NCBI GenBank assembly: GCA_048938445.1
Contig: JBHLME010000066.1
Location: forward strand, 1-23,848
Direction of reading: 5' to 3'
Length of the DNA stretch: 23,848 bases
Origin: Promethearchaeota archaeon
GTDB lineage: Archaea > Asgardarchaeota > Lokiarchaeia > Sigyniarchaeales > SOKP01
Shown here: piece after piece, positions 18,571 to 23,848 of the stretch
Layout of the letters: each line of letters opens with the position of its first letter
Position numbering within the stretch: position 1 is the stretch's first letter
Made by a program: the position numbers and the translations under genes
Notes under the pieces: model-generated
The model's input: the letters and a program-made list of their open reading frames with translations, nothing else
Told to the model about the DNA's origin: nothing
Databases searched by the model: none

Positions 18571-18694
18571 GATTTTCATTCATCCAGGAGAGAACAAGAA
18601 AATTGAGTTTAAGAATTTTTAAGATGAATTATTGTATTCTTATAATTTTAAGTTGTAATTAAAATATAAAAAAGGGTTAAAATTGTTAAAATAT

Positions 18695-19621
18695 TTATTT
18701 TAATTTCAGTTTTATTTGTTTTGCTCTGCTACGGAGTGTTACTTCCGTAATCTTAGCCACATCAGCTACATTTGATTGTGTCTTTCGTATTGCTCCTTCT
18801 TTCGCGGCAATATAAATGCAGGCTGCTGCTAGACCTTTGGGATCTTTACCGGTTCTTTTTAATCCGTTTTTTGATGCTTGGATTAGCATGTTTATTGCGC
18901 ATTTTTGTATTTTGATGGGTAAATTCAATTCATTTCCAAACCTAAAGACTAATTTTTCAGCTGTAATTGGTTGATATGATAAATTAAGTTCTGGTAAAAC
19001 ATCTCTGATTATCATTGCTAAGCTCCTATGAACTGTCCTTCTTGGTGTTAAGGATGCCTCGCACACTTCATCTAATAAACGAGGGAAATCATGAACTCGA
19101 ATTGCAGCATAAAGTGAACCCGCAATAAAACCATTAATCGAGCGCCCCATTGTTAATTTTTTTTTTGCCACTAAACTATAAATTTTCCATGCGGTTTCAG
19201 CAATGTATTCAGGAATATTTAATTTGGATGTTAACATTTTTAATTTAGGTTTAGCTTCCCAGAAATTACGTTCTATACTGGAAATTAAAGAATTCTGAAT
19301 CTTGGATAATCTAGAAAATAAAGCTTGTTCTTTAGGACCAATTGATTTGCCCTTTGAGTCTATTTTAGTTGTAGGTAGCATTGTTCTAGGTCCAAAGTCT
19401 CTCCATCGCGGTTCAGTTCTACGACGATTTTGTATTTCTTCTATTGTATATGCCCTTCTTTCATTTCCTACATAGGTCCTTTCAAATATCATACCACAGT
19501 TTAAACATACCTTATTTCCATCGCGAGATTCTATACTGGGAATGTTACAACATTCCTTTTTACCTAAAAGTTCATCAGTATCCTTATTTAGTCGTATCAG
19601 ATTCCTATATAGCTCATTCAT
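18695..19621 (-). CDS. tfb: Transcription initiation factor IIB (TFB)
   Basis: Zn ribbon CC...GNKVCLNCG, reader-like ERRAY, ERN, and cyclin repeats GRSINGFIAGSLYAAIR, GKDPKGLAAACIYIA and TQSNVADVAKITEVTLRSR. Confidence 0.93.
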   Translation of the reverse strand: MNELYRNLIRLNKDTDELLGKKECCNIPSIESRDGNKVCLNCGMIFERTYVGNERRAYTIEEIQNRRRTEPRWRDFGPRTMLPTTKIDSKGKSIGPKEQALFSRLSKIQNSLISSIERNFWEAKPKLKMLTSKLNIPEYIAETAWKIYSLVAKKKLTMGRSINGFIAGSLYAAIRVHDFPRLLDEVCEASLTPRRTVHRSLAMIIRDVLPELNLSYQPITAEKLVFRFGNELNLPIKIQKCAINMLIQASKNGLKRTGKDPKGLAAACIYIAAKEGAIRKTQSNVADVAKITEVTLRSRAKQIKLKLK

Positions 19622-19669
19622 GTTAATTCTATCCTAAAAGATTATAAAAAGTAAAAACTTCTTCGATCA

Positions 19670-19776
19670 CGAAATATTGGATTGTAAAAAATTTTGTATT
19701 ATAAACTTTTTGATAAGATCAATATGAATTAGTTTCATTTATAAATGTTTTCCTCACAAATATGTCCAATATATCG
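19670..19776. promoter_or_regulatory. Divergent promoter region with two TATA-like boxes and an inverted pair of TCCAATATWTCG motifs
   Basis: Minus strand: TTTATAAT (19705-19698) then TCCAATATTTCG (19681-19670). Plus strand: TTTATAAA (19738-19745) then TCCAATATATCG (19765-19776). Confidence 0.5.
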
Positions 19777-19837
19777 AAAAATTTTTGATTTACTGAAAAT
19801 CAATATTAAAATAAGTTTAAAATATCAAAAAAGATGA

Positions 19838-20359
19838 ATGAAAATGGAATTTTATGAAGTTATAAGAAAACGACGATCCTATAGGTTTTTTCAAAATAAA
19901 ATGCCTGAAAGAGAAAAAATTCAGAAAATTTTAGAAGCGGCACGTTTAGCTCCAACATGGGCTAATAAACAAGGGATGAATTATATCATTGTTCAAGATA
20001 GTCAAAAGGTTAAAGCAATTTGGGAAGCTGTTGACCAAAAACAGAAATTTTTAGATGCACCAATGTTTATCGTGGGTTGTATTAGCGAAAATAGTTCTGG
20101 TGCAAATAAAAATGGTTTAAAATATTTTACAGTAGATTTTGGTATATGTTTTGAGCATTTAATACTTGCAGCTACAGCTGAAGGATTGGCTACATGCTGG
20201 ATTGGATATTTTAATGAAGAAAAGATCAAGGAGCTATTAGACATTCCAAAAAAGTATCGTGTTATAGGATTAACACCATTAGGATATTCAACTAAAGAAA
20301 AAAGTGATATTCATGATCGAAAACCATTAGAAAAAATAATTCATTGGGAAAAATTCTAA
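19838..20359 (+). CDS. Nitroreductase family protein
   Basis: RRSYR.F, ILEAARLAPTWANKQ, HLILAATAEGLATCWIG, TPLGY and RKPL. Confidence 0.95.
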   Translation: MKMEFYEVIRKRRSYRFFQNKMPEREKIQKILEAARLAPTWANKQGMNYIIVQDSQKVKAIWEAVDQKQKFLDAPMFIVGCISENSSGANKNGLKYFTVDFGICFEHLILAATAEGLATCWIGYFNEEKIKELLDIPKKYRVIGLTPLGYSTKEKSDIHDRKPLEKIIHWEKF

Positions 20360-20401
20360 ATATTTGATTATAATATAATAGCTTAAAAAATATAATTTAA
20401 A

Positions 20402-22123
20402 ATGATGCTAATCCATAGAATTAATTTAAAAAACAATTCAATAAAAACAAAAGAGATTACTCTTGATTCTCAATATTATTTGTTAGGAGGAAGAGGCTTA
20501 ACATCACAAATTATTCTTGATGAAGTAGATCCAGATTGCGATCCACTTGGAGAGAATAACAAAATTATTATAGCTAATGGGCTTTTAACTGGTAGTTCCT
20601 TTCCTTGTTCTGCACGAGCTTCAGTTGGTGCAAAAAGTCCTTTAACTAATGGGATAAAAGAAGCTAATGTCGGTGGTAGGCCTTCGATGATGCTTGCTTT
20701 ACATGACATTCGTGCTTTAATTTTAGAAAAAACTTCTCCTATACTTAAGTTGATCTTGATTAAAAATGAAGGTATTACAATGGTTTCTGCTGAAGAATAT
20801 AAAGGTTTGGGTAATTATGAGCTTCATTCTAAGTTATATGATAAATATGGAAAAAAAATTGGTATTTTTTCCATTGGTCCTGCTGGAGAATATATGATGA
20901 AATCAGCGAGCGTTGCGGCTAATGATTTAGAAGGATATCCTAGCCGTCATGCTGCGAGAGGGGGATTAGGAGCAGTAATGGGCTCGAAAAAAATTAAAGC
21001 AATTGTAATTTTCCCTTCAAAAAATCCAAAATTTAAATACCATGACATTAAGAATTTCAAAGAAATCTCGAAATCTTTCACGAAAACATTAGTAGAATTA
21101 AAAAAAACTCTCTCTATTTACGGTACAGCATCACTAACTAAACCAATGAGCGAAATTGGAGGTTTACCTACTAAGAATTTTAGAAATGGTTCTTATGATC
21201 ATGCAGATGATATCTCTGGTGAAACATTGCATGAATTAGTTATTTCCAGGCAAGGGAAAAAACAGATTCCTTGTAGTCCTACTTGCGTGATAAGATGTTC
21301 AAACTATATCGTTGATGAAAATGGAAATCATGTAACCTCAAGTTTCGAATATGAAACAATCGCATTAAATGGTTCGAATTTAATGATAAATGATTTGGAT
21401 AGTTTAGCTAAAATAGATCATTTCTGCGATGATGTTGGTATTGATACAATAGAATTTGGTGGAACTATGGGTGTTGTAATGGATTGCAATAAACTAGATT
21501 GGGGGAATTCAAAAAAAGTTATTGAAATTTTAGATAAAGAAATAAGAAATAATACTGAATTAGGTAGATTATACGGAAATGGTGTTCAGCATGTTGGTAA
21601 GGTATTAAACGCAAAAAGAATCCCTCAAGTAAAAGGACAAGGTCTTTCTGGATATGATCCTCGAGTCTTTAAAGCTATGAGCGTGACTTATGCCACATCT
21701 CCAATGGGCGCTGATCATACAGCGGGTCCAGCAGTAGCTGGAAGAAAAGCAAAATCAGATGTGGATTATGGGGAAATATGGGAAAATTCAAAAAAACTTG
21801 ATTTATCTTACGAATTACAAATTTATATTGCTGTTATTGATTCATTGGGCTGTTGTTATTTTATTGGACCTAGTTATGAAAATTTAGAAATAATGGCAGA
21901 TGCAATCAATGCATTGAAAGGATTAAGATTATCTAGAGAAGATCTCATAAAAATAGGAAAAGATATCATTAAATGTGAATTAAGCTTTAATGAAAAAGCA
22001 GGTATAACAAGTAATATGAATCAATTACCAGAATTTTTTTCTAAAGAAGTTTCAATTCCAACAGATTTAAGAGTATCTTTTCAAGATCGAGAATTTAAAA
22101 AGTTTTGGAATAAATTAGAATAA
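20402..22123 (+). CDS. aor: Aldehyde:ferredoxin oxidoreductase family protein (tungstopterin, 4Fe-4S)
   Basis: GGRGL, KSPLTNGIKEAN.GG, IGPAGE, RGGLGAVMGSKKIKAI, CSPTCVIRC, EYET, DDVGIDTI, GADH and DSLGCC. Confidence 0.93.
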   Translation: MMLIHRINLKNNSIKTKEITLDSQYYLLGGRGLTSQIILDEVDPDCDPLGENNKIIIANGLLTGSSFPCSARASVGAKSPLTNGIKEANVGGRPSMMLALHDIRALILEKTSPILKLILIKNEGITMVSAEEYKGLGNYELHSKLYDKYGKKIGIFSIGPAGEYMMKSASVAANDLEGYPSRHAARGGLGAVMGSKKIKAIVIFPSKNPKFKYHDIKNFKEISKSFTKTLVELKKTLSIYGTASLTKPMSEIGGLPTKNFRNGSYDHADDISGETLHELVISRQGKKQIPCSPTCVIRCSNYIVDENGNHVTSSFEYETIALNGSNLMINDLDSLAKIDHFCDDVGIDTIEFGGTMGVVMDCNKLDWGNSKKVIEILDKEIRNNTELGRLYGNGVQHVGKVLNAKRIPQVKGQGLSGYDPRVFKAMSVTYATSPMGADHTAGPAVAGRKAKSDVDYGEIWENSKKLDLSYELQIYIAVIDSLGCCYFIGPSYENLEIMADAINALKGLRLSREDLIKIGKDIIKCELSFNEKAGITSNMNQLPEFFSKEVSIPTDLRVSFQDREFKKFWNKLE

Positions 22124-22154
22124 TAATTATTATTCTGATTTACTTTAAAGTAGT

Positions 22155-23848
22155 TTAACCCTTATTTTTTACAGAATCTTTTTCTTTTTTAATTTTATTT
22201 AAAGCTTTTTCAGCTATATTTGTATCAGTTTCAATTATTTTAGTAGCATCTGCTTCGATTTTCTCCAAGGCAATATTGATCTCATCCAAGACCGATTTTT
22301 CATTAGTATCTTTTAATTTTTTCAATAAAGCTTCTGTAGCACCAATGTCTCGTATCTTCCCTAATGCTTTGGCTGCTTCAGCTTGAACATAAGATTTCTT
22401 ATCATTAAGTGACTTAATCAATAAAGGTACAGCTTTTGGATCTTTTATACTACCTAATGCTCTTATAACTGAACTTCGCACTATTTCAGATTCATCCTTT
22501 AAAGCTTTCATTAATGAGTCTACACCTTTTTTATTACGTATCCATCCTAGAGCCCAAGCTGCCTCGGCTCGAACTTTCTCTGATGGATCATCAGATAGTG
22601 CTTGAATTAGAGGTTCAATATTTTTTTCATTTTTTATCCAACCAATTGTCCAAGCTGCTTTAGCCCTTATTTGATCATTTTTATCATCTTTTAAAATTTT
22701 AGATACAGCAGGGATAATTGAAGGATTTTTAGTTGTTTTGATAAAATCAAGAGCTTTGCTGCGAATCAAGTCATTAGGGTCTTCCATTGCTTTTATAAAC
22801 GGTTCCAAACCCCACTTACGTCTTAATTTCCTAAGAGAGTCTCTAGCTTTATCTGCTAATACAATGTTATCATGATTTAAATATTGCAATACATTATTAA
22901 TTGAATTGGAATTACCTATATCTCCTAAAGCAATAATGATTTCCTTATGACATTTGAAATTTTTATCATTCAATTTTTCTAATAAAAATTCAGTAGCTTT
23001 ATCATTACCCATTTTTGATAAACCCCAAATTGCTTTTTCAATATTCTTGATATTCTCATCATCCAATGATCGAGCAAGCTTTTGTATGGCCATTAGATCA
23101 TCAATTTTTGGAATATCACTTTTCGATTCAATAGGAGCAATCATTTTCTTTTCTTTTAAGGCATCGGTGATTTTAACTAGACCATACGTGTCAGTTATTA
23201 AGCCTAGAGCATGTACGGCTTTTTTTATAACTTTTTTATTTTCATCATTTAAGGTCCTAATGAGAGGAATTAAAGCTCTAAAATCCCCAATTAGTCCTAG
23301 TGCTTCAGCTGCATTATCTCGACCTTTTGTATATTTTTCTTTTAAAAGTAATATTAAAGGTAATACAGATCTGGGATCACCTATTTTTCCTAAACACCAT
23401 GCTGCCTTTTTTTTTGCATCCTCGTCATTAGAACTAAGTAATCGATTTAAGTTCTGTATGACATTATGATTTTTTTTTGGTATTATTGAAAATTCTTCAA
23501 TTATTTTTAAATCTAAAATCTTATCGATTGCTTCTGTAGCTTTTCTTCTAATTTTATAACTATCATCTTCAAGTGAATGGATTAGCAATTCGATAGTCTT
23601 CTTATCACCTATTTTACCTATTTTATCATCAGAGCTCCTTAAAAGCTCTTCTCTAATTTTTAGATCTAATATTTTATTGAGAGATTTAGCTGCTTTTTTT
23701 TTCACTTGGCGATTTTGATCTATTAATTTTTGAATTAGATAATATACTGCACCAGTATCACCTATATTTCCTAATGCTATTACTGCATTCTCCCTCAATT
23801 TATCATAATCATCCGATAATGCTTCGATTAAACCTAAAACCGCTTTCT
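22155..23848 (-). CDS. HEAT/PBS-lyase repeat protein (5' end beyond the window)
   Basis: Many repeats of the type L.D....VR..AA.ALG.I.D..AV..LI. The frame stays open upstream of 23798 (KAVLGLIEALSDDYDKL) to the window edge. Confidence 0.92.
   Translation of the reverse strand, partial: KAVLGLIEALSDDYDKLRENAVIALGNIGDTGAVYYLIQKLIDQNRQVKKKAAKSLNKILDLKIREELLRSSDDKIGKIGDKKTIELLIHSLEDDSYKIRRKATEAIDKILDLKIIEEFSIIPKKNHNVIQNLNRLLSSNDEDAKKKAAWCLGKIGDPRSVLPLILLLKEKYTKGRDNAAEALGLIGDFRALIPLIRTLNDENKKVIKKAVHALGLITDTYGLVKITDALKEKKMIAPIESKSDIPKIDDLMAIQKLARSLDDENIKNIEKAIWGLSKMGNDKATEFLLEKLNDKNFKCHKEIIIALGDIGNSNSINNVLQYLNHDNIVLADKARDSLRKLRRKWGLEPFIKAMEDPNDLIRSKALDFIKTTKNPSIIPAVSKILKDDKNDQIRAKAAWTIGWIKNEKNIEPLIQALSDDPSEKVRAEAAWALGWIRNKKGVDSLMKALKDESEIVRSSVIRALGSIKDPKAVPLLIKSLNDKKSYVQAEAAKALGKIRDIGATEALLKKLKDTNEKSVLDEINIALEKIEADATKIIETDTNIAEKALNKIKKEKDSVKNKG

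Noticed and set aside
18505-18579. 24-codon hydrophobic minus-strand ORF (MKINYYNVIIIFLRIIFIVLSSVF) across the palindrome
   Set aside because: Such ORFs are expected by chance in T-rich sequence, and there is no other support.
5682-23469. Short antisense or alternative-frame ORFs (5682, 8042, 9663, 9673, 10581, 10944, 11356, 12630, 14604, 16547, 17220, 17648, 18201, 19444, 20002, 20476, 22954)
   Set aside because: They lie within or opposite well-supported genes and have no recognisable motifs; they are shadow ORFs.
1-23848. CRISPR array, tRNA/rRNA, transposase or integrase
   Set aside because: No regularly spaced repeats, cloverleaf-like GC-rich segments or mobile-element motifs were seen by eye.

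Overview
AT-rich, gene-dense archaeal chromosomal segment. It is most consistent with an Asgard archaeon (Lokiarchaeia/Promethearchaeota-like); this is inferred from two TFB paralogs, a stand-alone longin/uDENN-like protein, a tungsten-type AOR and archaeal TATA/oligo-T signals. It holds 19 likely CDSs, two truncated by the window edges: a coiled-coil/winged-helix protein, radical SAM enzyme, longin-like protein, PK_C-domain protein, threonine ammonia-lyase, NimA/PNPOx-like flavoprotein, LCIB/theta-type carbonic anhydrase, SDR, compact HDAC-family deacetylase, MOT1 molybdate/tungstate transporter, DUF362 Fe-S protein, two tandem P-type ATPases, a divergent TFB-like protein, two hypotheticals, TFB, nitroreductase, AOR and a HEAT-repeat protein. 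No rRNA, tRNA, CRISPR array or mobile element was recognised. The most unusual signal is the tandem P-type ATPase pair. Both have an intact P2A-like catalytic core, but TM4 PEGL is replaced by PINL/PVNL (resembling the PISL motif of eukaryotic P4 lipid flippases) and the TM6 Asp is replaced by His, implying a non-canonical substrate. The LCIB-family carbonic anhydrase, the TFB/TFB-like pair and several structured intergenic elements are also notable. All calls are by motif recognition only; no searches were run.
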